The position numbers and the translations under genes are program-made. A DNA stretch of 64,000 nt, taken from NCBI GenBank assembly GCA_002633005.1, contig NMRA01000785.1, positions 62,001 through 126,000 on the forward strand, in the 5' to 3' direction. This document shows positions 23,922-36,908 of the stretch, in pieces. The notes beneath the pieces are model-generated. The model was given only the letters and a program-made list of their open reading frames with translations. It did not search any database and had not been told where the DNA came from. This stretch comes from Phoronis australis. Its lineage: Eukaryota; Animalia; Phoronida. The first letter of the stretch is position 1. Every line of letters begins with the position of its first letter.

Positions 23922-25018
23922 TTTGGTGTCGAATGCGAGGCTGATAAACGGAGATGTGATTTAAAATCCTACCACAAATTCGGCATCCAGGCAACCAACC
24001 CCGTTTGAGATCCAGGGTTGGTTTGCAGCCTATTTTAAAATATTGCTGTCGATCAGTCGACTGCAGCGGCTTGTCTCTGTACCACGAATACAGTAACCAC
24101 AGGTGTGTGTGAGACCTAGTTTGACCCAGTACCTGTTTGGTGATAATCTGCCAAATAGGATATCCTACGCTATTATACAGCAAAGGATGTAAACTGTAGA
24201 AGATAGAACATTTAAGTGCGTTTTATTCAACTATGCTGGAATTACTCCATAGCGACGACTTGGGGGTCGCCAGTTTAACATGCATTTTCGAAATCGCGTT
24301 ATCCATAAAATTTTCAGCACAAACTCATTGACTTTTAAATCCAAGCAGGAACTTTGGGAATGGAAAAATGTATTTCACAAGGACTCTCTAGCCAAGGATA
24401 ATTTGAATTATCTGTCTATTTTTTTCGTTTTTAAGTGAATATTATTTGACAAAAATCCATCGTTCCGAGGGAGTGAGCTGAGAGAATCTATCTTTTTCCT
24501 TTTTTTCTTATGTGGCCACTAACGGGGAACAACGAGAAACTACGTTACTTCGATCAGATTCATAACAATCATACTGTTTAGCGTAGGAGATATTTTCCTG
24601 AGAGTCAACCGGCATCAAATATTTTAATAAACATGGCCAATCCTTTATAAGCTTAGTTTATGATACAGAAATGTAATGTGCACGTATGCGCCTGTCAACT
24701 ATCGCAGATAGATCAAAATTTAACCCAGACGGAATTAACTTTGTTAAGCCACCACATAACATCACAAAAAAAACAAGTAATAAATGAACATACACCTTGT
24801 ATTTTGATTTTAACTGAAACCATGTAATGCTTAGACAATGTGCGAAGTGATGCGCTTAAGTACAATCTGAAATAAACCTTTGAGAAATTGGGTTTCTTGT
24901 TGAATTTTGACGTTTGAGGATAAAATTCGTGCAGCCACGATAAACTCAGGTGCCAACATTCAACAAAGGACTTGAAACCTCCTGTCAGCTCTAGATTAAT
25001 AGCTACAACCGTTGATAC

Positions 25019-28000
25019 ATGTCCGTAAGGATTTCTGTTATGTAATCTGTTATGTAATCTGTTATGTAATCACTTACTTATCTAATTAACTTATAGTAGA
25101 AAAAAATCGCAAAAATAGCTGGGGTGTGGTGTCAACGGGGTGGTGTGCAGGTGACGTCACGGTGAAAGCGATGCCGACTGGGGTGGGGGTTGCGGGATAA
25201 AACGTAGTGTCGACCTAGGGAGATCTTGAAGTTGACCCTGGAGGAGAGTGAAGGTTTCGCTCACAGTTGTTTCGTGATTTGTCCCTAATAGCGGCCTTCC
25301 TACGCTGATGAGAGAAGCCATCTGCACGCTAGGGTTTTGCTTAATTTCGTCTTTTTAATCAGTACATGTTTTCGTTGTTTTGTTTTCTTTGACACAATTA
25401 AATAGCTTGTTGCGAGCATGAACATTTTGCGTTGTGAAAGTGTTTGTGTGAGTGGGTCTGAAAACAGATTGTACTAACATTACTGTGAAGTGCATGTACG
25501 CGAATGTATATCTGTTCTACTGACAGTAACTACGACGAATAGTGTAACCTACTTCTTTACGACAGGTGCGTACGACCGCGTTCACGATATTTCGCGTGCT
25601 GGGACCGCTCGTGCTTTTCTACTACGTCTGGATCCCAATTAATCGTTTGCTCTACTGGATGCTGTCGCAAAGGAAGCTTTTTAATCTTCCCATCTCTTGT
25701 CAGTGGCTTCCATTTTTCTCGCTATTCGTCGGCCTCGCATGGTTCGCCGCCTCCTGCAACTACCTGTACGACCAGCGTCGCAGGAAACCGTGGTTCACTT
25801 GTTTTGCCAACACCCTCGGTAACGCCGGCAAGGTAAGTCTATGGCGAGCAACATTACAGTTTGGCAGGCAGGCGTACAAAATAGTAACAGCAAGAGCAGC
25901 AACAGAAGCAATTCTTAAGACGGTTTATGAAGACAAAGTGTAAGACCTAATGAGGAACATGTAAGTCGTTCCAGTTCCCACCTTCCCGTAGATTTGCTAC
26001 GCACTGTTACTGTTCATATCTAAATGATTGCATATTAATGTAAAGGTCGGAATGGCAATGGCAGCTGCCGGCGTGACAAATAAAATCACCTTTGAAACCC
26101 AATATACATACTGTATATAAAAAATTTTCTACGGTACATGCCTCTTTTCATAGATGATTGCAATTACCATGAACTCACTTAAATCAATATACATGTATGT
26201 AAAACACTACTTCACTAAACTGAACAAACAAGTCCTGGAAACCAACCGTACATGTAAATCTGCTCGCTGGTTCTCTGCGTGCCACTAGGTGGTGGCTAAC
26301 TAGGGACACGTCGGGAACCAGCGAGGTAAATCTGTCGAAGAATCCAGTGAAACCCGACAAAACGCTTTGCGATTATTTTGGATTGGGTCGCTCTGCAATT
26401 CGACTTCAGTGTGACCTTGTTTAGGACTCTATTGAGGAATAGCTCACTTTCAAATATCGTTCGTAGCATATTTTATAAGCGCTGTTTTCCCATTTACGCT
26501 TTTAGGAGTTCCTAAATTGATTTCCACGTTTGCATTAAGGTTTACCAAAACGACTTCAATACTTTTCTTGAAAAAGAAAACTGCTTAAAACGAAAATGAA
26601 ATAATATAGAAAATTAAATAAACTAATCATATTTTAAAAATGTACAAATTTGTCTTACTGTCAAAGAACCTCATTTCTCTGGCTACAATTTATTAAAAAG
26701 TTATTAAACAGATATTGCCTTACCCAGTTAATCATATTTCAATAAATGGATACTAAGTCAGAGTTCACATGCTTTTTACTTTCCGAAGGTGACCTAGTGT
26801 AAGCTAATTGAATTCAATATAGTTTTGAAGATGATTTGACTAAATACTGTTGAAGGGGATGCACATCAACTTAACGCTGATGCCAATCTATACATGTGTG
26901 TTACTTTCCATAAGATGAGCGTTTTTGAACATACGCGAGTCGCAAACAATTTTTTTATTTATACCTGTTACACTTATCACACTTTGATATCAGCATAACC
27001 CTTAGTTAGTATTTGAGTCGCGGCTTATAAAGAAGTGTCTGTTGGTTTGAGTTCTTTATTGGCAACAAGGCTTTGCAATTTATGCTGGCTTGTCTAGGAG
27101 GATTAGCCTATTTTATTCGCCCGACACGGTCACCAACAATTACCGATTTTTTCTATAAGCTAGACAACCTAGATATGCAAAAATTCGTGGTCTTCCTGAC
27201 CCGTCACGGGCGTCCTTTGTAACAAATTTGGCTCACGTCAACCAGTGAATTTGAGCTGCACGTCCGATATACACCAAGGCTGCATCGGAAAAGTCGATGC
27301 GGTTTTCATTCATCAGTTACNGTAGAAAAAAATCGCAAAAATAGCTGGGGTGTGGTGTCAACGGGGTGGTGTGCAGGTGACGTCACGGTGAAAGAGATGC
27401 CGACTGGGGTGGGGGTTGCGGGATAAAACGCAGTGTCGACCTAGGGAGATCTTGAAGTTGACCCTGGAGGAGAGTGAAGATTTCGCTCACAGTTGTTTCG
27501 TGATTTGTCCCTAATAGCGGCCTTCCTACGCTGATGAGAGAAGCCATGTGCACGCTAGGGTTTCGCTTAATTTCGTCTTTTTTATCAATACATGTTTTCG
27601 TTGTTTTGTTTTCTTTGACACTATTAAATAGCTTGTTGCGAGCATGAACATTTTGCGTTGTGAAAGTGTTTGTGTGAGTGGGTCTGAAAACAGACTGTAC
27701 TAACGTTACTGTGAAGTACATGTGCGCGAATGTATATCTGTTCTACTGTCAGTATCTACGACGAATAGTGTAACCTACTTCTTTACGACAGGTGCGTACG
27801 ACCGCGTTCACGATATTTCGCGTGCTAGGACCGCTCGTGCTTTTCTACTACGTCTGGATCCCAATTAACCGTTTGCTCTACTGGATGCTGTCGCAAAGGA
27901 AGCTTTTTAATCTTCCCATCTCTTGTCAGTGGCTTCCATTTTTCTCGCTATTCGTCGGCCTCGCGTGGTTCGCCGCCTCCTGCAACTACCTATACGACCA

Positions 28001-30817
28001 GCGTCGCAGGAAACCGTGGTTCACTTGTTTTGCCAATACCCTCGGTAACGCCGGCAAGGTAAGTCTATGGCGAGCAACATTACAGTTTGTCAGGCAGGCG
28101 TACAGAATGCTGTAGTGACAGCAAGAGCAGCAGCTGAAGCAATTCTTAAAACGGTTTATGAAGACACAAGTGTAAGACCTAATGAGGGACATGTAAGTCG
28201 TTCCAGTTCCCACCTTCCCGTAGATTTGCTATGCACTGTTACTGTCCATATCTAAATGATTGCAAATTAATGTAAAGGTCGGAATGGCAATGGCAGCTGC
28301 TGGCGTGACGAATAAAATCACCTTTGAAACCCAATATACATACTGTATATAAAAAATTTTCTACGGTACATGCCTCTTTTCATAGATGATTGCAATTACC
28401 ATGAACTCACTTAAATCAATATATGTAAAACACTACTTCACTAAACTGAACAAACAAGTCCTGGAAACCAACCGTTCATGTAAATCTGCTCGCTGGTTCT
28501 CTGCGTGCCACTAGGTGGTGGCTAACTAGGGACACGCCGGGAACCAGCGAGGTAAATCTGTCGAAGAATCCAGTGAAACCCGACAAAACGTTTTGCGATT
28601 ATTTTGGATTGGGTCGCTCTGCAATTCGACTTCAGTGTGATCTTGTTTAGGACTCTATTGAGGAATAGCTCACTTTCAAATATCGTTCGTAGCATATTTT
28701 ATAAGCGCTGTTTTCTCATTTACGCCATTAGGAGTTCCTAAATTGATTTCCACGTTTGCATTAAGGTTTACCAAAACGACTTCAATACTTTTCTTGAAAA
28801 AGAAAACTGCATAAAACGAAAATGAAATAATATAGAAAATTAAATAAACTAATCACATTTTAAAAATGTACAAATTTGTCTTACTGTCAAAGAACCTCAT
28901 TTCTCTGGCTACAATTTATTAAAAAGTTATTAAACAGATATTGCCTTACCCAGTTAATCATATTTCAATAAATGGATACTAAGTCAGAGTTCACATGCTT
29001 TTTACTTTCCGAAGGTGACCTAGTGTAAGCTAATTGAATTCAATATAGTTTTGAAGATGATTTGACTAAATACTGTTGAAGGGGATGCACATCAACTTAA
29101 CGCTGATGCCAATCTATACATGTGTGTTACTTTCCATAAGATGAGCGTTTTTGAACATACGCGAGTCGCAAACAATTTTTTTATTTATACCTGTTACACT
29201 TATCACACTTTGATATCAGCATAACCCTTAGTTAGTATTTGAGTCGCGGCTTATAAAGAAGTGTCTGTTGGTTTGAGTTCTTTATTGGCAACAAGGCTTT
29301 GCAATTTATGCTGGCTTGTCTAGGAGGATTAGCCTATTTTATTCGCCCGACACGGTAACCAACAATTACCGATTTTTTCTATAAGCTAGACAACCTAGAT
29401 ATGCAAAAATTCGTGGTCTTCCTGACCCGTCACGGGCGTCCTTTGTAACAAATTTGGCTCACGTCAACCAGTGAATTTGAGCTGCACGTCCGATATACAC
29501 CAAGGCTGCATCGGAAAAGTCGATGCGGTTTTCATTCATCAGTTACATTCTGCAACCGCTAGGAAATAAGCATGTCGCGACATGACACAAAAAGCACTGT
29601 CCGCTGTATTGTTTCTGTAGTCCACTTACTTAAAGCAAATGCATGGGAAACTGGCAACAGGAACGACCCTCGCTACTGGACATCCTAGTGGCGAAATAAA
29701 CGAACACGTCTTCAATTCTTTGTGCTCAACGTTCGCCACAAGGAATGCTCTTTTTCAGCTTTTAGTGGCTATTGGCTAACTGTTGATAAAGCCAGGCATT
29801 CCTAGTAAACTACATATGCTAACGCAATCGGCACAAAGTGGTCTTCGTCGAGCAGACCGCCGGGCATAAGCGGACACGAGCAATCCTACCCGGAGCGTTC
29901 TGCAATCTACTCAAACATTCTATTTTTTGATTATTCAGAACTTGCGCTCTTAAGATTGCAGTCAAATTACATTACGTGTTGATCTACTATAGCATTTATC
30001 GTGTTATCCACTTTTGAGTGACGTCACGATTGCCACATATCAATTGCCATCATTGTCACCAACACCATCGTCATCATCACATTCATCGCCATCAGCGTCA
30101 TCTTCATCGGCTGCGTTCACTGCTGCTGGCCATCAGTCATTATATAGAGGGTGCATCAGCATGCAAGGTCCATCACACCCGAATCCGTAGTAGTAAGTTG
30201 GTCACTTCGAAGAACGCCAAGAGATGTCGTTAGTCATCAGCATCTTCTGCGTGTATTTTAATCTACAAGGAGCTGGGTAATTATATGCCAAAATTCGATA
30301 ATCTGAAGCAGTAACTGGCACATTGCTTTGTCAAAAAAAAAAAACAAAGCTGTACCACATTGCGAAAAATGCTTTACCTGAGAAGCGATTGTTAAAGAAA
30401 TTGACATGCTGCGCACAATAATAGAATCCCTATCTTTTTTCGGCTTACCAATGGACAAATTGAATTTTCCATGACTTTCCTAAATATGCGCAGAGACTGT
30501 GTCCGGAAAAACTGATGGGGCTGATAAGCACGCCATCTCCAGGGTCCGAGAGCGAAGTGGAGGAGTCGCTAGAAATCGAGGAGTACCCAGATGTGTCCCC
30601 TCAGAAGTTGTCCCGGCGGTACAAAAGACGGAGGCGGGAAGCTAGCCGAGAGATGGTAAAAGAAAGGAGGCGGCGCGACCGCTACCTCAAGAAGCTGGGG
30701 ATACCGCGCGAGGCGTTTCGACGACCACCGCGATCACCGAGGAGCTCACCCAAAGCGAGGCAGCGCGACTACGTCGATGATGACGATGGTGGTGACAGGG
30801 TATTTAAGGTGACATAA
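25019..30817 (+). CDS. Orphan two-TM membrane protein, 198 aa (exons 25019-25024, 25566-25832 [allelic copy 27792-28058], 30494-30817)
   Basis: ATG TCC|gtaagg donor; ttctttacgacag|GTG...GGCAAG|gtaagt phase 0-0 exon of 267 nt; gcgcag|AGACTG acceptor in frame with the 30515-30817 ORF. All five substitutions between the two copies of exon 2 are synonymous. Confidence 0.65.
25036..25070 (+). repeat. Tandem repeat (CTGTTATGTAAT)x3
   Basis: Read directly from the sequence. Confidence 0.9.
25096..29546. repeat. Tandem near-identical duplication (25096-27320 vs 27322-29546) joined by a single N; probable haplotigs
   Basis: Two ~2.2-kb copies with SNP-level differences, joined at the 'n' at 27321. 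Confidence 0.88.
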
Positions 30818-31195
30818 GCTAGGAAGGAGGTCTGTAAAATTAAGAACGTGTCCCTTGAAAAATGGTCAACCGAAATTTAATATCACTCCTCTACAACCAA
30901 GTGCATCGTGGGACATTCATCAGTAACTCGACTGCAGGGCACAAACTTATTTCACTTCGCCAAAATTTTGTCCCCGTGGGTCCAGTTTGCACATTCCTTT
31001 CTTTTTGCCAATGTCCAACCCTCGCAGCCGATCATGTAGGTGTGGGTTTTGATGTTTCGTAGAAAACCGGGCGTGCGGAAGGCAGCCACCAGATACACGG
31101 GTGGCCAGTCAGCATAGTTTCACGAGAAAGGATATTTTAGACTTTTAAACACGTTACGGGTGTAACGCGTCTAGGACATAAGTTTCACCTTCAGT

Positions 31196-31424
31196 GGCCG
31201 GTTGCATTAAACTGCCCCAGAATAGGGAGTCAACTACAGTCCCTAAGTCTTTTTGCGTATTTGTGTCTTTATGGACTCACAGATTCAATATATTTCTATC
31301 ATTTCGTCATGCAACTAAAACAACACAAGGATGAGTAATCGATATTTTCACAAGTCCAAAAATACGCAGTGGGTTAAGGGAACTTAGTTGAGTCCCTATT
31401 TGGAACTGTTTCATGCAACCGGGC
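31196..31424. mobile_element. PIF/Harbinger-like MITE (~230 bp, ~40-bp imperfect TIRs)
   Basis: GGCCGGTTGCATTAAACTGCCCCAGAATAGGGAGTCAACTA ... TAGTTGAGTCCCTATTTGGAACTGTTTCATGCAACCGGGC, with AGT directly flanking both sides. A related half-copy lies at about 32973-33006. Confidence 0.7.
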
Positions 31425-33076
31425 AGTGGAGGCATTTGTAAACTTAAATTCATTCCGGTGCGAAATTGTACTCATTGGAGGATGCAACAATAATGCAAGA
31501 AACTCCTACCGGGGACCGTTAAAACCGGAGAAACAACGTTATCAACATTCCCTCTGTAATCCACTGTATGGACATTTGAGCCCTTCAAAATCCCTACACG
31601 GCTACCTGAGTTTCTGGTATCTCAGCCGCCCCCCGGACAGTAAATCGTACCAACCTTACCCCAATTTTCGACAGCTTGCGAGAACACGCAAGGTAAGAAA
31701 TATTAGATTTGTATACAACCATCAGGTGAATTTGGCGGTTGGCGACTGTCGAGAGTGAGCCTCAACAATTTCTCACAAAAGTCTACCCGACTTTTCGCTG
31801 AAGCAGTCCAATTTTGTAGATATAAACATGTAAACCAGAAACCAATGAATCTTTGAACGTTAGCAGAAAAAAAAGAATAATTTGGTGTTTCGGTTCCCCA
31901 CATACCAGCACAATATTATGAAAGGCACGCACATCCCCTCTATTGCGTTTCTTATGGGCCCTTCATATGAAAAACAGGTCTTCAGTTCCAAAGAAATAAC
32001 AGCCTTGACAGTCTTTGAAAGTAGCTATCGTTTTATTTACTGTTAAAAAAGTGATATTGTCTTGTAAAATTTACGAATATAGTGGACTTCAAGTTCTCCA
32101 AACTTCCATCCTTTCGATGTGGGTCAACGCTGTTATTTTTATTTCGCAATACAATACATGTACCACTATTTCGGGCAGCTGTGCTTCACTGTGAACATGT
32201 TCTCTGCTGTTTCGACCAATTAACTATTTTATCTACTTCCCTATTCACTTATAGTTGACAGTGCCGAAACCAAGTATCCAATCAAACATCTCTGAGAATT
32301 TATCCAACATTCTGTCTAAGATCGTACTTAATATTGGACAGTCGAGATTTGGCAGAACGTTTTCACTTTAGTCCGGCGGAAGACTTTTTTGTTAACTGTA
32401 CAGCCTGTGCAAAATGTTTTATTCGTTTCCAGTCAGGTCGCAAAATTGTGTACAAGCGAACTACAAAGACTCCACCAAAAACCACACGAACAGGAAAAGT
32501 ATACGGCCAGTAAAGAAGACAGTGTGGAACAGGAAGTAAAAACACCGTCACGAGTGTAATCGAATATTTATGTACCGTACTCCACCTCAATAGACAAACG
32601 CTCGTATAATTAAGCTATAGGTAATATCCGGAGATCATGAATAAACGTACTAATCCGTCTGAGGTTCACTTCTTGTTTCCAGTTCACGCGCTAGACATCC
32701 TAACACATTCCAGGTCATTTGAGAAAAAGTGTGATGTAGAATTTACATGAACGTTTTTGCATGAATAGTCAAAATAATGATAAAAAATGAAATTTCATAC
32801 CAAGAGGAAATCACCTTAAATACGAAAATTCCAAGCCATGCACATCGGTTATTCGTTTGTGATTAGACTTCGAACACATTCGTACAATTTCGGAAATCTT
32901 TAAAGACGCCAAGGTCCCACATACTCGTTGTGACAGCTGTACGTTTCTCAGTGGCTCGATTTGGCGACCTGAGCCCGGTTGCATGAGGCAGTCTCAAATA
33001 GGGACTAGAGTATTCTCCGAATTAACTGCGTATTCGTAGGCATTGGTAAAAATTCTTTCTTATGACGCGTGTTGTT

Positions 33077-33285
33077 CATGCGCGCACCCGGGGGGAGGCA
33101 AAGTGGGCATCTGAGAAACAGAAGTCCGAGAAAATGAGACAAAAGTCCACTAAATTAGCACAACCGCGCAACTCACAGTGGTGCTCCCATTTTTTTATTT
33201 ATTTAGCTCACACGCTTTTTTATTACAAATGATCCACGTCGGGAATATTTGAGCCCCCCTATATTGAAGGCTGGGTGCGCGCATG
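33077..33285. mobile_element. MITE family B (CATGCGCGCACCC TIRs, 5-bp TSD TTGTT)
   Basis: CATGCGCGCACCC...GGGTGCGCGCATG, flanked by TTGTT on both sides. The internal sequence is shared with 35995-36259 and about 57706-57915. Confidence 0.85.
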
Positions 33286-33726
33286 TTGTTACAAGGTCAA
33301 TTAGATTGACAAGTTGAATTCTCAATATCAATGAAATTAAGGACAGATATTTTCACTCACTCTCCAAACTGAACTATGTGCACAATACAGATAAAATGAT
33401 AGAAAAACATGGGAACGATAAACGAAACACGCAAGAGGTCTTATTTGGGACAGTTTTGTATTGGGAACTACAGCTCGCCAATACCAAGTATCTAAGTCTA
33501 TCCCTTTCCCTTGAATTCTTGTTCATGTTGTGCATGTAATCGCCACAAATGCAGTTTGGACGAAGTGGCATTAGAATCCGAACTAAAGGTAACTTGGTTA
33601 ACATAACACAAACACAACACAACTCTTCTTTAGAAAATGACATGTTATTACCTTGATTTTGACACGTTACATGATACGATGAATGAGAATGAGTATTTAC
33701 AAAAGATGTCCATCAAACGGGCTCAT

Positions 33727-34498
33727 TTACTTCTTAGCCACGGCCTTCTTTGCTGCTGGCTTCTTAGCTGGCTTCTTCGCAGCTGGTTTCTTTGCGGGCT
33801 TCTTTTTGGCCGGCGACTTTGCAGCTTTTTTAGCCGCTGGCTTCTTAGAGGGCTTCTTCTTCTTAGCGGGCGACTTGGCAGCCTTCTTTGCCGCGGATTT
33901 CTTTGCTGCGGGCTTCTTGGGTTTCTTTACCGGCTTCTTCTTGGGTTTAGCGACTTTTTTGGGTTTGGCAACTTCACCTGCAAAATTAAGTTAGCGGAAT
34001 ACATATTAAAACATAACCCACGAGAAAGTAGCAACACCAATGAAGTAACCCGAGGTTAGCAGGCTAACAACGAAAAAAGATAAGAAATCGATGGCGTGTT
34101 CATCGTTTGGAACAACGCGCGTTGCCCAGGCGAAATGCAGTTTGAAATGTACGTTCAAGAAGACACGTAAAAATACGATCAATCGATGAGGAATACGTTG
34201 TGTTTTCAATATAGAACACTCGCACATTTCTTTGAAAATACTTACCAACTTTAAAAGATCCGCTGGCGCCAGTTCCTTTCACCTGCTTCAGAGCCTTGCT
34301 GGCTACCATTCTCTTGAGGGTAAGCTTCACCTGGGTATCGCAGTTATCGCCGACTTTGTAGTTGGCCTTGATGTACTTAACGATAGCCTGACGCGAAGAG
34401 CCAGATCTCTCCTTCAGTGCTTGGATAGCGGCTTTTACCATGTCATTAAATGACGGATGAGCGGCCGGAGCCTTCACTTTCTTAGCTGCAGTAGACAT
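33727..34498 (-). CDS. H1: Linker histone H1, H1.0/H1-delta-like, 167 aa; 2 exons (34498-34246, 33977-33727)
   Basis: Globular domain [37 protein letters not shown]...[15 protein letters not shown] phase-1 intron (GTAAGT...TTTTGCAG) precedes a K/A/P-rich tail with two KSPAKK motifs, ending at TAA 33727. There is no histone 3' stem-loop after the stop. Confidence 0.95.
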
Positions 34499-34653
34499 AC
34501 TTGGTTGACTGTCCGACTAGACAAAACGCAACAGGGAGTAATGCACATTCATTTAGATGCTTTCGACTATTTGTAAGATAAGCGCCGACGTAATAGAAAG
34601 CACCTATAAGCGCCCTGGTTAAATTGTAAAAATGGCGTCCCTACACATCGAGT

Positions 34654-34660
34654 TTGTGTT
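34654..34660 (-). promoter_or_regulatory. H1-specific AC box (AAACACA)
   Basis: The minus strand reads AAACAAACACAAACT about 155 bp upstream of the H1 ATG. A second AAACACA on the opposite strand lies at about 34684. Confidence 0.55.
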
Positions 34661-35994
34661 TGTTTGCTTCGTTTTATTAAGCGAAACACAAACAACCCTG
34701 AACTTTATGATATAGTTTCTAACATCAACGCTACGTTGAATCATTATTGTTTAGCTTTCAAAAGTTTTTGTTCACGTGTGACCTGTTGTAAGGAAGCAAT
34801 CCTTAGTCAAACTGAGATTTCTTGTGTTAAAGTTACGATAAAAAGTATTTTATGTTTCGATAATTTGTAAATTACCCAGTCAACCGATTGAATATTATTG
34901 TTATATGATAATTCAAACATCCAAATTAACCAAAATCATACTATCGAGGTCTTTTTCAAACGACTTGATACGACATTTTTCAACTGACTTTCTAATACTA
35001 ACACACGTTTCAACTAACCAGGTCGGCCATTGAGCGTCCAGGTCGTTTACGGAAGTCAACAGCACAGTGATAATTTATTTGCGATAGGTTTAATGAGATA
35101 TCTCTTTCAAGTGAACACTGCATTTTTCAAATGTCTGCTTGAATGGCAAAGTGTAAACTTCATGTTTTTGTTTCAATTAAACGTGCATGCAACGATCGAC
35201 TCGTTCGCCACGCTGGCCACTAGGTGATCCGTCATCAGTGACTCATCGCAACCCGGTTTTTGCAGTCCTCAGGGCTGCAGAGAGTAAAGTTATAATTCAA
35301 ACGTCTAATCTCATGGAGGATCCCACCGAATATTTTGACAGGAACCAGGGAACCATCAACGAGCACCCAACCCATGGCAGTTTACAGTCACAGTGGCCGA
35401 GCCAGTAAAGTTATAGTGGTTAGTCTGCGAGGTCAGGCCGTTAAAGGTCACCGAACCCGTGGACGCGAGGTAGGAAGCCGGCACGGATCGGTGCTCGTTT
35501 TGGCCCAGCGTAACAGCCCATTTTGTACCAAGCGGTCACGCGAGAAAGTCCAATCACTTGTCTAGTCTTTTTCACGACTTTATGATGTTTGAGCACGCAT
35601 TTTGGAATGAATATTGGCACAGTTCTTATTGTACACTGATGTAGACATGCGATAGGTGAACTCAATCAACAACATGAAATTGGGTTTTCAGGCATATCAT
35701 CGCTTTAATTACATGTATGTCAACTAGGCCCGGCCATGGGGAACCTCAAAGTCAGGTAGCTGGCCTACACACACTTCCATTTGGTAAACATGCACATTTT
35801 GATTGGTTTTTTACTATACGATATATATGGATTTGATCCTGCACAAATATGCCACTAGGCGTAGTCCGCGAATCACTCGGCTACTGCGCCGGATTTCAAT
35901 ATTTTCGATACATCCAGATATCACCTGTTACTGTAGTTGACTGAGTGGCATTGATGAGTTGGTCGTGCCGTAGCATGTTCATGGGCCCACTCAT

Positions 35995-36259
35995 CATGCG
36001 CGCACCCATGGGGGGGGGCTCGGGGGGCTCGAACCGTCGCCGAGCCCCTCCATTTAATTGGCGAAAAACGTCAGCCTCTGCCGGATCGAGAGACAAAAAG
36101 TCCGAGAAAATGAGGCAAAAGTCCACTAAACATGCGCAAACGCGCAATTCACGGTGGTAGTCCCGTTTTTTTTTTTAGACTGCCCACTTTTTTAATTGTT
36201 ACCAAAAGGTCCACAATTAAGTCAGGAATTAAATTGCAGGCTGCCGGGGTGCGCGCATG
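35995..36259. mobile_element. MITE family B (copy 2)
   Basis: Same CATGCGCGCACCC TIRs, flanked by CTCAT/CTCAG (5-bp TSD with 1 mismatch). Confidence 0.85.
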
Positions 36260-36847
36260 CTCAGTTAGTCAAATGCTCTCTACGGCCATACGGTGCGGCC
36301 TAACCTGATGCATACAACCGGCCGGCGGCTCAACCTCTATAGTTTACTAAACATACATGTAGGTGGATTAAGGGTGTCAAATTCGGAACACAGCGCAATC
36401 GTAACGGAACTATGGTTAAGTATAGACTCTCCCGCGATCCTCAGACGACCGGCAATGGCGCTGCGCACTACGACTCCGTTTCCGTCGTCTGCTTCACTGT
36501 GCAGTGAAGAAAATTACTTCATTTTTAAAGAAAATGGAATCTGAGTGACGATTAAAAATCAGAAGTTGCTGGTAAGATGTGAATTTCAATCTAAACCTTA
36601 GTGAATCACTCAGAAACTCATAATTCTCTCTTTGTCAAACCTTAACTAAGACGATTTCCAAAGCAATCGCGTCATTAATGCCAACAGAAAAAACGGATTT
36701 GGTCTTTTGGGCAATTGAAGACTATTTTAAATACAACAAATTTGTTACGAACTGATTGCACAAAATATAAAAACTGTAATAAATATTACAAAAAGAAGTA
36801 GGTTTCGCGAGCAAACGCTGTAGGTCTCTTAAAATCAATGAACAAGT

Positions 36848-36908
36848 AAAGTCGTGGTGGTGCAAAGCACGCGCGTTGTATCCGCCAGGTCGTGAGTTCG
36901 AGTCTGAT
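36848..36908 (+). repeat. tRNA-derived SINE-like head
   Basis: A-box-like TGGTGCAAAG and B-box GTTCGAGTC at tRNA-like spacing. There is no acceptor-stem pairing for a functional tRNA. Confidence 0.4.

Noticed and set aside
30018-30233. His-rich ORF
   Set aside because: It is a degenerate (CAT/CAC)n simple repeat with a GTG start, inside a predicted intron.
33637-34059. Plus-strand ORFs rich in F/L/A/G ([12 protein letters not shown]...)
   Set aside because: They are antisense shadows of the Lys/Ala/Pro-rich H1 tail exon.
36848-36908. Possible tRNA gene
   Set aside because: A/B-box-like motifs are present but there is no complete cloverleaf or acceptor stem. Treated as SINE-like.
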